From contig CAZCFE010000001.1 of assembly GCA_964497925.1 (NCBI GenBank), positions 77,370 to 141,369 on the forward strand: a stretch of DNA of 64,000 bases, in the 5' to 3' direction. Of the stretch, positions 9,313 through 19,299 are shown piece by piece. The notes under the pieces are model-generated. The model was not told the DNA's origin and ran no database searches. It was given only the letters and a program-made list of their open reading frames with translations. The first letter of the stretch is position 1; each line of letters starts with the position of its first letter. Source of the DNA: an uncultured Alphaproteobacteria bacterium (GTDB taxonomy: Bacteria; Pseudomonadota; Alphaproteobacteria; CAIYWZ01). The position numbers and the translations under genes are program-made.

Positions 9313-10751
9313 CCACTGTTGTTCTTTGTATCTTGGATGGGTGGGGGATTAGCCCTCAAAAACAACATAACGGCATTTATGATGCCCATACTCCAAATTA
9401 CGATCGTTTCTTATCTATATATTCAAACACATTTCTTGAGGCTTCTCAGCATGATGTTGGTCTTCCAGATCATCAAATGGGAAATTCAGAAGTAGGGCAT
9501 ATGAATATTGGGGCAGGGCGTATTATCATGCAAGATCTTCCTCGCATCAATGATGCCATCAAAAATAATCAAATCCGAACAAATAGAGCTTATGAAAAAT
9601 TAAAACACACAACCGGAGTAGTTCACTTAATGGGGCTTTTATCTGATGGGGGCGTTCATTCACACATCAACCACATTATAGAAATTGCATCACTTTTAAA
9701 AAAAGATGGTAGAGATATTGTTTTACACGCATTTTTAGATGGCAGAGATACATCTCCAAAAAGTGCAAAAAAATATATCCAGCAAATAGTAGATCATGAT
9801 ATAAAAATCGCATCAATTGGCGGAAGATATTATGGCATGGATCGAGATCAGCGTTGGGATCGCATCGAAAAATCATTTAATGCCATCAATGCTCAAAACA
9901 GTCCTTTTTTTACATGTCCTTTAGATTACATAGATCAGCAATATGCACAAAATATTACAGATGAATTTATTATGCCCGCAATTGCAAAAGAGTATCAAGG
10001 ATTTAAGAAAGAAGACGCTTTACTTGTTATGAACTTTAGAGCAGATAGAATGCGTCAGATTCTAGAGATGTTTAAAGAAAAAAATCATCTTTTTGGACTT
10101 ACAGAATACTCTCAAGAATTATCGCCTTTTATGACCACTTTTTTTCCTCCAGAACCCCTAAAAAACACCTTAGGTGAAGTTGTTGCCAACTCACACCTGA
10201 ATCAATTACGTTTAGCTGAAACTGAAAAATATGCACATGTAACATTTTTTTTTAACGGAGGGAAAGAGTCTGTTTTTGAAGGAGAGGATCGTATTTTAAT
10301 AGAATCTCCAAAAGTTGCAACATATGATCTTCAGCCGGAAATGTCGGCAGACCAAGTTTGTGAGAATTTAATCACAGCTATAGAGTCCAAGAAATATCAT
10401 TTGATCGTTGTTAATTTTGCAAATGCAGACATGGTTGGACATACAGGTATAGAATCTGCAATTACCATTGCTATTGAAAAATTAGATGATTGTTTAGGGA
10501 AAATCGAGGAATCAATTCTCAAAATGAATGGTGTTCTTATAATCACAGCTGATCATGGAAACGCGGAAGAAACATTTGATGAAACAACACATCAACCTCA
10601 CACCGCACATACGCTAAACCCCGTTCCTTTGATTTTAATTGGGAAAAACACTCCGTTGCGCAACGGAAAACTGTGTGATATTGCACCAACAATCCTAAAG
10701 TTAATGAATCTTAATATCCCGCAAGAAATGACAGGGGATGTTCTGATTTGA
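9309..10751 (+). CDS. gpmI: 2,3-bisphosphoglycerate-independent phosphoglycerate mutase
   Basis: Motifs ILDGWG, NSEVGHMNIGAGR, NFANADMVGHTG and ITADHGNAE. The start overlaps the upstream stop (ATGA). Confidence 0.9.
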   Translation: MTTVVLCILDGWGISPQKQHNGIYDAHTPNYDRFLSIYSNTFLEASQHDVGLPDHQMGNSEVGHMNIGAGRIIMQDLPRINDAIKNNQIRTNRAYEKLKHTTGVVHLMGLLSDGGVHSHINHIIEIASLLKKDGRDIVLHAFLDGRDTSPKSAKKYIQQIVDHDIKIASIGGRYYGMDRDQRWDRIEKSFNAINAQNSPFFTCPLDYIDQQYAQNITDEFIMPAIAKEYQGFKKEDALLVMNFRADRMRQILEMFKEKNHLFGLTEYSQELSPFMTTFFPPEPLKNTLGEVVANSHLNQLRLAETEKYAHVTFFFNGGKESVFEGEDRILIESPKVATYDLQPEMSADQVCENLITAIESKKYHLIVVNFANADMVGHTGIESAITIAIEKLDDCLGKIEESILKMNGVLIITADHGNAEETFDETTHQPHTAHTLNPVPLILIGKNTPLRNGKLCDIAPTILKLMNLNIPQEMTGDVLI

Positions 10752-11632
10752 TAAAGTTCTTAACCTTCTTGCTATTTTCCCTCCCAATATTCAGCACATC
10801 TCATATTGATTTATTAAGAAAAGATTTTGAAAAGCTACAACAAGAAGCTATCGATAAACAAAACCTTCTTGATTCAGCAACAATAAAACTTGAAAATTTA
10901 AAATCTTTTCAAGATCATACTCAAAATCAATATCAAGACACACAAAAGAAATCTCTTGATATGCTTGCACAGCTTTATATTTTATCCCAACTCCCCTTAG
11001 CTATTATCATGACATCTGGGGATAACTCATTAGAACACTTACTTGCTTTAACAACTTTAAAAGCAAATCTGGAATACATTCAAACTCAAAAACTTCCTTT
11101 AAAATTATCCACATCTCAAATCCAAGAGACCCTAACTGGGGCCCATCAAGAGGTTATCGAAATTGAAAACCAAATGAATATTTTAAAGCAAAATATATTA
11201 TCATTAGAACGAGAAATTAAAAAAGAAAATTCCATGTCCCAGGCACTAGATCATAATATTTCTCTAAGCCTTGAAAAAGGTGTTTTAAAACGCCCAGTTC
11301 ATGGAAAAATTATCCCTTCAGACTCAAAGAAATACACAAAAGGCATCCGCTTTGAGGTAAAATCAGGTGAGGTTGTAAAATCCCCTATTGAAGGAAAGGT
11401 CATATTTTGCGGTCAATTTCAATCTTTTGGGAGTTTGCTTATCATCGAAGTTTCAACTCGCATGAATTTAGTCTTGGCTGGAATGTCTGAGATATTAGTC
11501 AATCTTAATCAAAAAATTCATCCAGGAGAAAAAGTAGGTATCATGCCAAAATCAAATCTTCCAACATTTCTTTATCTTGAAATCAGGCAGGACGGCCAAG
11601 CCACACTTCCAGACATTAAGTTTCTAGATTAA
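10748..11632 (+). CDS. EnvC-like murein hydrolase activator (coiled coil plus degenerate LytM/M23 domain)
   Basis: Signal peptide, a long coiled coil, and a C-terminal M23 fold. The metal ligands are missing: GIRFEV replaces HxGxD and FLYLEIRQDG replaces HLHFE. The gene follows gpmI, as is common in alphaproteobacteria. The TTG start is uncertain. Confidence 0.65.
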   Translation: MIKFLTFLLFSLPIFSTSHIDLLRKDFEKLQQEAIDKQNLLDSATIKLENLKSFQDHTQNQYQDTQKKSLDMLAQLYILSQLPLAIIMTSGDNSLEHLLALTTLKANLEYIQTQKLPLKLSTSQIQETLTGAHQEVIEIENQMNILKQNILSLEREIKKENSMSQALDHNISLSLEKGVLKRPVHGKIIPSDSKKYTKGIRFEVKSGEVVKSPIEGKVIFCGQFQSFGSLLIIEVSTRMNLVLAGMSEILVNLNQKIHPGEKVGIMPKSNLPTFLYLEIRQDGQATLPDIKFLD

Positions 11633-11797
11633 ACTTCCAGCATAACCAATAAAAAAAAGTAAATAATGATTTCATATAGATATGAAGTTGATATCAAATA
11701 TGAGACAAAAAAGAAGAGTTACGAAACCTCAATGAGATAAAAGAGTTCTATTCTCTATATCATATCCTCTTCTATATCTCATTTATAGGAAACTTTC

Positions 11798-14566
11798 TTA
11801 ACGGATGGGTGGTGAAAATCCAGAAGATGTTTTTTTATATTTACGCTGCACAAATCCCTTAATTTTTTGTGCAGCCAATTGCTTTCTTTTTTCCATTTCA
11901 TCTTTAAGTATTTTTTTGATTGCAGGGTCTGTGGCACGAATTAATGCTGTACATCCGTGGTGATCTTGTAAATTCACCTGTGCACCTTTATCGAGCAACA
12001 TCTTCACAATGCCTCTGCCTATTACACAATAATTAGCTCCACTTACAGCCTTCATGAGTGCAGTTGTTTCAGAGTCATCTTGTAAATTCACCTGGGCGCC
12101 TTTGTCTAGCAACATGCGTACGGTGGTATGTGTATTATCTACATAATGTGTTTCCTCGAGTACAACCATAAGCGCAGTTTTGCCATAAATATCTTGTAAA
12201 TTTATTCCCACGTTTTCTTCCAGTAGCTCACCAAAAACACTTCTATAGACTCCATGTCGCATTTTTTTTACTGCTTTTGCAAGCGGAGCTTTCGTTTTTT
12301 TTAAAATTGACTTAATCCAATCGTTTCTTAACTTAAGGTCTGGAACTAAAGGTGCCGTACCTAGTAATATATCAATCATGGAATCAGAATGCGGATCATC
12401 CAGAACAGCCCCATATTTTTTATATAAGAATCGCAAAATTAGTTTCTCATAAGACTCTGCAGTAAGCGTTGATTTCCAAACATTTAAAACTGGATTAATT
12501 GGATTATAGGTCTCTTTCGAGATATCTGGGTTTAAAAAAGATGATCTTTCCTTGGGATAAAAATAGCTTAAAAGAGTATTTATCGTAATGTGGTTTTTAT
12601 CTACATCTTTCCTCCAATCCTGATCATTTTTCAGTAAAGAATGGAACCCAAAATGTCCATTTTGGACGTCAAACGTAAACACATCCTCCTTATTTACCTG
12701 AAAAGTGACGGGTTCGTAAACTTTACCTAGCGTTTTCTTATTCCTTGCATGCCAATCAAGCTTAAATCCATCTCTTGAGAACAGCCTACAGAGATAATCT
12801 AGTTTTTGTGTGATTTGAGCTGCGAATTGAGGCGTTTCAGGGTCGTGTGTCCATTGCTCTTGAAGATGTACGTTGCCTGTGAGTTTGCCAATTGCATTTA
12901 AAATATTTCCCCAACCAAGAGGAGATGATTTGATGTTTGTATATCTTCTATTATACGTGACATCGCTTGTGGATGCCGCTTTCTCAGATAAAACCTGTTC
13001 ATGGGGTGGATAATTAAGCCCTGAAACAACACTTGACCAAGCATTTCTAGCTTCTTGCCCTCCATGCATTGATATATGAGGAAAGTTCTGATAAAACTCC
13101 CTTAAAGCCCCTGATTTTGACCAATGCTCAAGGATATGTTCTTTGTTAAAATTTCCAGCAGAAGTATGTGTGAAAAAGTTAAAGAAATTTCGCAAAGCTG
13201 TTTCCCCGCAGTCAGCATATGGGGGATCTTGTGTGAGGTTTTGCATCAAAGGAGCGTCTGCTTGACCATGATAAATCACAGCTGGATAAGGCTGTTCATA
13301 AAGCTCATAGGCATACCCTGCAAATGCCTTTTCTTCAAATGAGGCCTTTTGGAAATGCGTTTTGATACGCTCGTAATCTTTGCGTGTGTAATTTTTAGAA
13401 TGCATTGATAAAAACTTTTTCTGAATTTTTAAGGCAGCTTGTTGTTGCTCGGGGGTATACGCACTTTCTTTACTTTCAGATACCCTGCTTTGAGAAGGTG
13501 ATGTCCTCATAAGCCCTGTCTCTTTCATGACATGAATCACCTGCTCTTTGCTATCAGCCACTGCCCACAAATAGCCAAGAAGGGCATGTAGTGCGATGTG
13601 TTTTGGGTAAAGGGGGTCATTCATCCCTCCAAATGTTCCGTCTTGCTTGAGAGCGTTCCATAAAATATCACAAAAAATCTCTGATTGGCTTATTTGATCT
13701 TTAGGTGTTGAAACATTGGGCAAAACTCCCATCATTCTTGATTTGAAATTTTCATAGGTTGATTGAATTTGATAAAACTCATGAACCACTTTTAAAATTC
13801 CTGCAAAAACTGTTCTTTGGGGAAGAGCTTTGAGCGTATCTTCTTTTTGTTTCCGAAGTTTTGTATATTGCTTTAATTCGGGATTGGTTGTCATAAGATT
13901 TCCTATTTCCTTTTTGTTTCCTACTTTCATAAATTGCATGTAATTGGAAAAATAAGGTTTTTTTAAAAGATTGGTGTGTAGGTTGTCAAATTCAGCTTTC
14001 TTTTTTTGATATGCATACATTAAGGTAATTTCTGCGCCCATTTTTCCAACAGGATCATCTTCTCTGTCATTGGCCACAAAATTCACGCCGTCTACACTTG
14101 GAAAAAGCCACTGAATAAGGGCGGAGATTGGGTCCAGCGGGTATTCAAATTGACGTGCAAAATTTCGTTCTTTTTCTTGATCCCGATTTTCTAGCGAAAC
14201 ATTTTCAATAGATCTTATTCTAAAGACTGGATGCAGCCAAGATGGATTGTTTGGGGTAAGGCTATCGCGTGCCAAATCAGGTGCAATGATGTCTTTTTGT
14301 TCATTGTAAGGTGTTTTATAAGCTTTTGCATAAGGTCCAAAAAAGCGAATTCTTGCAAGAGTTCCGCTTAAATCCGCCAAAGCCCCATGAATGGGAGAAA
14401 AAATATTTTCTCCATTATTCATATGTCTTGCTTCAGGTCCTTTGCACTCTTCCGCCTGTAAACAAACAGGCTTCATCATTGCATCCAGACCTTTCATCTC
14501 AACAAAAGGAACTCTTGCATGAATACTGCAACTCCATAAGCTTAGAATCAACACAATTAACCACAT
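11798..14566 (-). CDS. Secreted 922-aa ankyrin-repeat protein with a large N-terminal region of unknown function (effector-like)
   Basis: N-terminal hydrophobic signal-like segment MWLIVLILSLWSCSIHA. C-terminal ANK repeats are present (GKTALMVV...LLDKGAQVNLQD twice, then GCTALIRA), followed by a basic tail. The ATG is preceded by AAAGAGGAG. Confidence 0.8.
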   Translation of the reverse strand: MWLIVLILSLWSCSIHARVPFVEMKGLDAMMKPVCLQAEECKGPEARHMNNGENIFSPIHGALADLSGTLARIRFFGPYAKAYKTPYNEQKDIIAPDLARDSLTPNNPSWLHPVFRIRSIENVSLENRDQEKERNFARQFEYPLDPISALIQWLFPSVDGVNFVANDREDDPVGKMGAEITLMYAYQKKKAEFDNLHTNLLKKPYFSNYMQFMKVGNKKEIGNLMTTNPELKQYTKLRKQKEDTLKALPQRTVFAGILKVVHEFYQIQSTYENFKSRMMGVLPNVSTPKDQISQSEIFCDILWNALKQDGTFGGMNDPLYPKHIALHALLGYLWAVADSKEQVIHVMKETGLMRTSPSQSRVSESKESAYTPEQQQAALKIQKKFLSMHSKNYTRKDYERIKTHFQKASFEEKAFAGYAYELYEQPYPAVIYHGQADAPLMQNLTQDPPYADCGETALRNFFNFFTHTSAGNFNKEHILEHWSKSGALREFYQNFPHISMHGGQEARNAWSSVVSGLNYPPHEQVLSEKAASTSDVTYNRRYTNIKSSPLGWGNILNAIGKLTGNVHLQEQWTHDPETPQFAAQITQKLDYLCRLFSRDGFKLDWHARNKKTLGKVYEPVTFQVNKEDVFTFDVQNGHFGFHSLLKNDQDWRKDVDKNHITINTLLSYFYPKERSSFLNPDISKETYNPINPVLNVWKSTLTAESYEKLILRFLYKKYGAVLDDPHSDSMIDILLGTAPLVPDLKLRNDWIKSILKKTKAPLAKAVKKMRHGVYRSVFGELLEENVGINLQDIYGKTALMVVLEETHYVDNTHTTVRMLLDKGAQVNLQDDSETTALMKAVSGANYCVIGRGIVKMLLDKGAQVNLQDHHGCTALIRATDPAIKKILKDEMEKRKQLAAQKIKGFVQRKYKKTSSGFSPPIR
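11912..12199 (-). repeat. Ankyrin repeat block (2-3 units) with about 45-nt near-identical DNA segments
   Basis: The DNA segment atcttgtaaattcacctg-gc-cctt-t--agcaacat occurs twice, near 11964 and 12077. Both copies encode MLLDKGAQVNLQD. Confidence 0.8.
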
Positions 14567-14727
14567 TTAGATAACTCCTCTTTCCCTAACTTCATATTTC
14601 CTTAACTTCATAGCAGAAAAAGATTAACAGAGGAATAATTTTCGGAATTACCCTGAAGAGCTCTTTACGCTAGAGAATTTTATCTCATAACCACAATTTA
14701 CAATATCAAGTTATGAAGTCTTTTTTG

Positions 14728-15474
14728 TTATGTAAGAGATCTGTTAAACTTCTTCCAAAATGCTATAGATCTACCACGTAAAATTTCTTCTGCTCGGTCT
14801 GTGTAATGATTATCATCTGTGTGAACAACAATTCCAGGAAAAATTCTGCTTGGTTTTTTAGAATTTTTAACAGCATTAATTACAATTCGCTTTGCACATT
14901 TGCCATTTTTAGGCCACAAGGGAAACGTCACGATACCTCCAAAATTATTAGCCTTCAAAAGCATCATGATTTCTTCCAAAGATTCGGCTGTATGCACAAT
15001 TGAAAGCCTTCCTTTATTTTTTAAATTAGATCCAGCAATGCGAATCCAATCGCCTAGTTTTAACTCACCCTCTATATTAGCTGTACGTGCGATTTGATTG
15101 TGTGGATGCATAAAGTTTTCTGATCTATAATAGGGGGGGTTCATAATAATTGCGTCTATTTTATCCGATATTTTTGATATACAAATTGTTTCACATGAAA
15201 CATTTTCAACGTTGTTTTGAGAAATATTTTCACGCGCAAGGTCAATTAAATTATCTTGAATATCAATCCCGTGAATTTTGATTTTTGGATAAAAAAACTT
15301 CAATGCCAACATTGAGGCACCAACACCACACCCAAAATCAAGAACAGTGTCATTATCCCGAACGTCTGCAAAAAATGCCAAAAAAATAGGGTCTATTCCT
15401 GATTTATAGCCGTCAATAGGTTGAAATAATGTAATTTTTTGTCCTAAGATATATGTTTTTTGGATATTGCCCAT
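14728..15474 (-). CDS. SAM-dependent N6-adenine methyltransferase, tRNA1(Val) m6A37 (TrmN6/YfiC-like)
   Basis: Motif I LDFGCGVGA and motif IV IIMNPPYY; 248 aa. Confidence 0.6.
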   Translation of the reverse strand: MGNIQKTYILGQKITLFQPIDGYKSGIDPIFLAFFADVRDNDTVLDFGCGVGASMLALKFFYPKIKIHGIDIQDNLIDLARENISQNNVENVSCETICISKISDKIDAIIMNPPYYRSENFMHPHNQIARTANIEGELKLGDWIRIAGSNLKNKGRLSIVHTAESLEEIMMLLKANNFGGIVTFPLWPKNGKCAKRIVINAVKNSKKPSRIFPGIVVHTDDNHYTDRAEEILRGRSIAFWKKFNRSLT

Positions 15475-15480
15475 CGGATT

Positions 15481-16479
15481 TTAAATCAAAAAACCAATCG
15501 TATCGTAAACTTGCGCTATTGTTGTTTTTGCAATATCTCTGGCTTTTTCAGCCCCCTTATACAAAAGCGTGTCCAGGTAAACCGTATCATTTTGCAAGTG
15601 CATCATTTCATTTCGAATGGGATCAAGTTCACAAATAAGCAACTCAGAAAGTTCATTTTTTAACTTTGAAAATTGAGCTCCTTCAAAGTATGCGCAAGTT
15701 TTATCAAGATTTTTTCCAGAAAGTGCTGAATATAGCTCCAGAAGATTTTGGGCCTCTGGTCTTGATTCTAAATTTTCTTTTGATCCAGGAAGTAAATCCA
15801 TATCTGTTTTTGCTCGCTTGACTTTATCTCGGATCATATCGGGAGTATCGTCTAAGTGAATTCGCGATTGATCAGATGGGTCAGATTTGCTCATTTTCTT
15901 AGTCCCATCACGAAGGCTCATGATGCGAGAAACTGAATCAACAATAAAAGGTTCTGGTTGAACAAAGACCTGTTTTTGATATCGACTGTTAAACGCTTGA
16001 GCAATATCTCTGGTAAGTTCTAAATGCTGCTTTTGATCAGCGCCCACTGGAACATGCGTGGCATTATAAAGCAGGATATCAGCTGCCATCAAAACTGGAT
16101 AAGAAAGAAGCCCTAAAGATGCTTGGTCTTTTTGTTTTCCAGCCTTATCTTTAAATTGAGTCATACGATTAAGCCACCCCAAAGGAGTAGATGCACCTAA
16201 AACCCAGGCAAGCTCGGCGTGTTGAGGAACATGACTTTGAACAAAAATTGAGCATTTTTCAGGTGTCATTCCGCTGGCAATATAAGCAGCGGCAACTTTG
16301 CGTGTGCTGTTTCTAAGTTCTTGAGGGTCTTGATATATTGTGATGGCATGCAAATCAACAATGAAGAATAAACATTCATGTGAATCTAGAAAATTTCTCC
16401 AGTTTCGAATTGCGCCTAAATAATTTCCCAAATGCAATTGCCCTGTAGGCTGAACGCCTGTAAGTATTCTTTGAGTCAT
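15481..16479 (-). CDS. trpS: Tryptophan--tRNA ligase
   Basis: Class I signatures TGQLHLGNYLG and KMSKSD; 332 aa. It lies directly downstream of murJ. Confidence 0.9.
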   Translation of the reverse strand: MTQRILTGVQPTGQLHLGNYLGAIRNWRNFLDSHECLFFIVDLHAITIYQDPQELRNSTRKVAAAYIASGMTPEKCSIFVQSHVPQHAELAWVLGASTPLGWLNRMTQFKDKAGKQKDQASLGLLSYPVLMAADILLYNATHVPVGADQKQHLELTRDIAQAFNSRYQKQVFVQPEPFIVDSVSRIMSLRDGTKKMSKSDPSDQSRIHLDDTPDMIRDKVKRAKTDMDLLPGSKENLESRPEAQNLLELYSALSGKNLDKTCAYFEGAQFSKLKNELSELLICELDPIRNEMMHLQNDTVYLDTLLYKGAEKARDIAKTTIAQVYDTIGFLI

Positions 16480-16480
16480 A

Positions 16481-18028
16481 TTATTCCTCTTTTTTTGAAT
16501 CCATCATGCTTTTCACATCCAAACATTTCATAAGCTTTGCAGGAATGATAAATGTCACAGTTGCCACTGCCATAAGAATTGCCAAAGAACCAAATTTAAG
16601 GAAAAAACCAACTTGATGAACCTGTAAAAAAGATTGAACCAGATAAACACTAATTCCCATAATTGCTGCTGAAACTAAAATTTTCGGCGTATTGCGAATT
16701 AACTGATCATCCAAAACCATCATTTTTTTTCTCTTTAAAAATGCAGCCAATAAAAGAGCATTAAACCATGAAGCTATAGATGTTCCAATCGCGATACCAA
16801 CATGTTGATAGTGCTGCATTAAATGCCAATTAATGATAAAATTCACAGCCACACTAATAAGACCAATAACAACGGGGGTTGTTGTATCTTTTCTTGCAAA
16901 AAAGCTAGAAGAAAAAACCTTCATAAGAGTATAAGCTGGCATACCAATACAAAACGCCGCCAATGTTTGAGACGTTTGAATTAAATGTCCAGGGTGATCT
17001 ATAAATTTACCATGCCCATAAATCAATGATGTGAAAGCATAAGAGCACAACATAAGAGCAACCGCAACTGGAATGCTTGCTAAAAGAACAAATTCAGTTG
17101 CGCGATTTTGAGTAAATAAAGCCTTATCGAGTTCTTCTTGACGTAATTGCTTGGTCAACATGGGCAATAAAACAATCCCCATAGCAACACCTATAATACT
17201 CAAAGGAAGCTGACTAACCCTTTCACCGTAATTAATATATGTAACACTCCCCTCGGGAAGAGTAGAGCTAAGCCAGATATCCACAATCAAATTAATTTGA
17301 GCAACACCGGCTCCTATCATACCAGGAAGAAGTTTTTTAAAAAACTCTTTAACTTGAGGCGTTAGTTTTGGGATTCTAAGCTTAAGGGGAATTTTTGCGT
17401 GAACACAAAAGAAATATAGCCAAAAGAATTGAATTATTCCAGATCCTAAATTCCCCCAGGCAGCCAAGTGTCCGCCGGTTTGAGTCACCCCCGCTAAAAA
17501 AACATAAAAGAAAATAATCAGGATATTCCCAATGCTTTGCGCAGATGCAGGGGCTGCAAATCTATCCATAGAGTTAAGAACACCACCAAAAATAGCAGAC
17601 ATCGAAATAAAAATGATATAAGGAAAAGTTATTCTTGTGAACTCAACAGCATACTGAAGTCTTTCTGGGGTTTTCAAGAACCCTGGAGCCAAAAGATTCA
17701 CAAATTCTGGCGTAAAAAATTCAACTATTAACACAATTGCCGTAAGCAACAGAAACATAACCATAACAGCATGTTCAGCAAAAACTTTGGCTTGCTGCTT
17801 TCCTCCAGTTGCAAGGGTCCCTGCAAAAATTGGAACAAAAGCAGAGTTGAAGGCCCCTTCAGCAAACAAACGCCTAAAAAGACCAGGGATTTTAATAGCG
17901 ATCAAAACCGCATCTGATAAAACACCCGCACCTAAAATATTCGCTGAAACTGCATCCCTGACATGCCCTAAGACACGACTAATCATAGTGTGTCCACCGA
18001 CAGTTATCATTGATCGCATTAATGCCAT
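16481..18028 (-). CDS. murJ: Lipid II flippase MurJ
   Basis: Multi-TM MOP-family protein with MISRVLGHVRD near the N-terminus. The ATG at 18028 is preceded by AGGAG; the track GTG at 18061 is less likely. Confidence 0.85.
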   Translation of the reverse strand: MALMRSMITVGGHTMISRVLGHVRDAVSANILGAGVLSDAVLIAIKIPGLFRRLFAEGAFNSAFVPIFAGTLATGGKQQAKVFAEHAVMVMFLLLTAIVLIVEFFTPEFVNLLAPGFLKTPERLQYAVEFTRITFPYIIFISMSAIFGGVLNSMDRFAAPASAQSIGNILIIFFYVFLAGVTQTGGHLAAWGNLGSGIIQFFWLYFFCVHAKIPLKLRIPKLTPQVKEFFKKLLPGMIGAGVAQINLIVDIWLSSTLPEGSVTYINYGERVSQLPLSIIGVAMGIVLLPMLTKQLRQEELDKALFTQNRATEFVLLASIPVAVALMLCSYAFTSLIYGHGKFIDHPGHLIQTSQTLAAFCIGMPAYTLMKVFSSSFFARKDTTTPVVIGLISVAVNFIINWHLMQHYQHVGIAIGTSIASWFNALLLAAFLKRKKMMVLDDQLIRNTPKILVSAAIMGISVYLVQSFLQVHQVGFFLKFGSLAILMAVATVTFIIPAKLMKCLDVKSMMDSKKEE

Positions 18029-18144
18029 TAAATTGCTCCTAATTTTATTCGTGTAACTCACAACAAAAGTTATCTACCATATAACACATTTTACAACATT
18101 TGTGTATTATTATCGTCACAAAAAAATAAAGTTTGCTTATTTTT

Positions 18145-19269
18145 TTAAGAAGAAAAACCAGATGACATTTTTTTAAAATTATCGGACTTTTCAAAAATAC
18201 GCATGCCCATTTTTCTAAAAAATCCAAATGATTTTGATTCTAAATCAAAAAGACGAATCAAACCGTGCGTTAATGTCATTGTATTCACGACATTAGGCCT
18301 TGATTTTTTCCAATAATCTTCAAGCATCAAAACTGATCCGATATCTAACCCCAAAGATAAATATTTTTTAATTACCTCCTCTAAAACCTTAATATTTCGA
18401 ACGGCCAAATTAAATCCTTGCCCAGCCACAGGATGCATCGCATGAGCTGCGTCCCCCATCAAAAGAAGACCTTGGCAATAGGGCGGAAACGTAATCTGAG
18501 CGGATAAGGGAAACCAAGCCTGATTGATAATTTCAAAATCTTGTGTGATTCCTTCTAGATGAATTCTTAAAAATGACATCAAAGAATCATTTGTGATTTC
18601 ATTTCTTAAATTTTCCTCCAGGGACCATATTAAAGAAGCTTTATTATCAGGAAGGGGAAGTAAGGCAATTGGCCCCGTTTTCAAGAAACGCTCATATGCA
18701 ACACCACAAAGTCCATTTTTTAATTTTAAAGTTGCTGCAAATGCTGTTTGCTTGTAATCAATATTGATATGCTTTTGATTTACTTTAGAAGAAAAATCTG
18801 AATTCCTGCCGTCGGCAGCAAGTATTAATTTTGAAGAGATAGCTCCTTGTTCATTAAACACTTTCACACCGCTATCAGGTAATAGCTTTTTATAAATTTG
18901 TGTTTTAAGCGATTGATTAAAAACATTCATTCCAAAAAATACGTTCTCTTTTTCAAAATTCACGCAAGGACCGTGAACTCCTTCTTGCGTAATGATTTTT
19001 AAAATCCTCTCTCCTTCAATCTGATTTTCAGATCCAAGGAAATTTTGAATATATTTAAAATTATCAAATGACAATGCAATTGCCCTGTCATCTTTAAAAG
19101 ATAAAATTTCATGAATTGGCTTCTTCTCCACAAGCCCAATCTTAAGGCCTAAGCCAGATAAAACAACAGCTAACAAGCTTCCAACCAATCCGCCACCAAC
19201 AACCATAATATCAAACTGTTCTCTCACAAATAGACTCCATGTTAAGCAATTATTAATATTTTTAATCAT
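18145..19269 (-). CDS. FAD-dependent monooxygenase, UbiH/UbiF/Coq6 family (ubiquinone hydroxylase)
   Basis: Dinucleotide-binding motif VVGGGLVGSLLA and GDAAHAMHPVAGQGFNL. Confidence 0.75.
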   Translation of the reverse strand: MIKNINNCLTWSLFVREQFDIMVVGGGLVGSLLAVVLSGLGLKIGLVEKKPIHEILSFKDDRAIALSFDNFKYIQNFLGSENQIEGERILKIITQEGVHGPCVNFEKENVFFGMNVFNQSLKTQIYKKLLPDSGVKVFNEQGAISSKLILAADGRNSDFSSKVNQKHINIDYKQTAFAATLKLKNGLCGVAYERFLKTGPIALLPLPDNKASLIWSLEENLRNEITNDSLMSFLRIHLEGITQDFEIINQAWFPLSAQITFPPYCQGLLLMGDAAHAMHPVAGQGFNLAVRNIKVLEEVIKKYLSLGLDIGSVLMLEDYWKKSRPNVVNTMTLTHGLIRLFDLESKSFGFFRKMGMRIFEKSDNFKKMSSGFSS

Positions 19270-19299
19270 ACCCTAACTCAAGTTAAATGTGGAGATTTT

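Noticed and set aside
11732-11782. Imperfect inverted repeat (ATGAGATA...TATCTCAT with inner AAGAG/CTCTT) between the convergent EnvC-like and ankyrin genes, considered as a bidirectional terminator.
   Set aside because: It has a large asymmetric loop, AU-rich arms and no adjacent U-tract on the plus strand, so it is too weak to call.
11831-11878. IQ-like calmodulin-binding motif (LAAQKIKGFVQRKYKK) at the C-terminus of the ankyrin protein.
   Set aside because: The spacing is off by one from the IQxxxRGxxxR consensus (Q-x-x-K-G). A basic tail alone is not sufficient evidence.
11964-12121. Near-identical ~45-nt DNA repeats considered as a possible CRISPR or mobile-element repeat.
   Set aside because: There are only two copies. 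They are in frame inside a CDS and encode the conserved LLDKGAQVNLQD part of consecutive ankyrin repeats.
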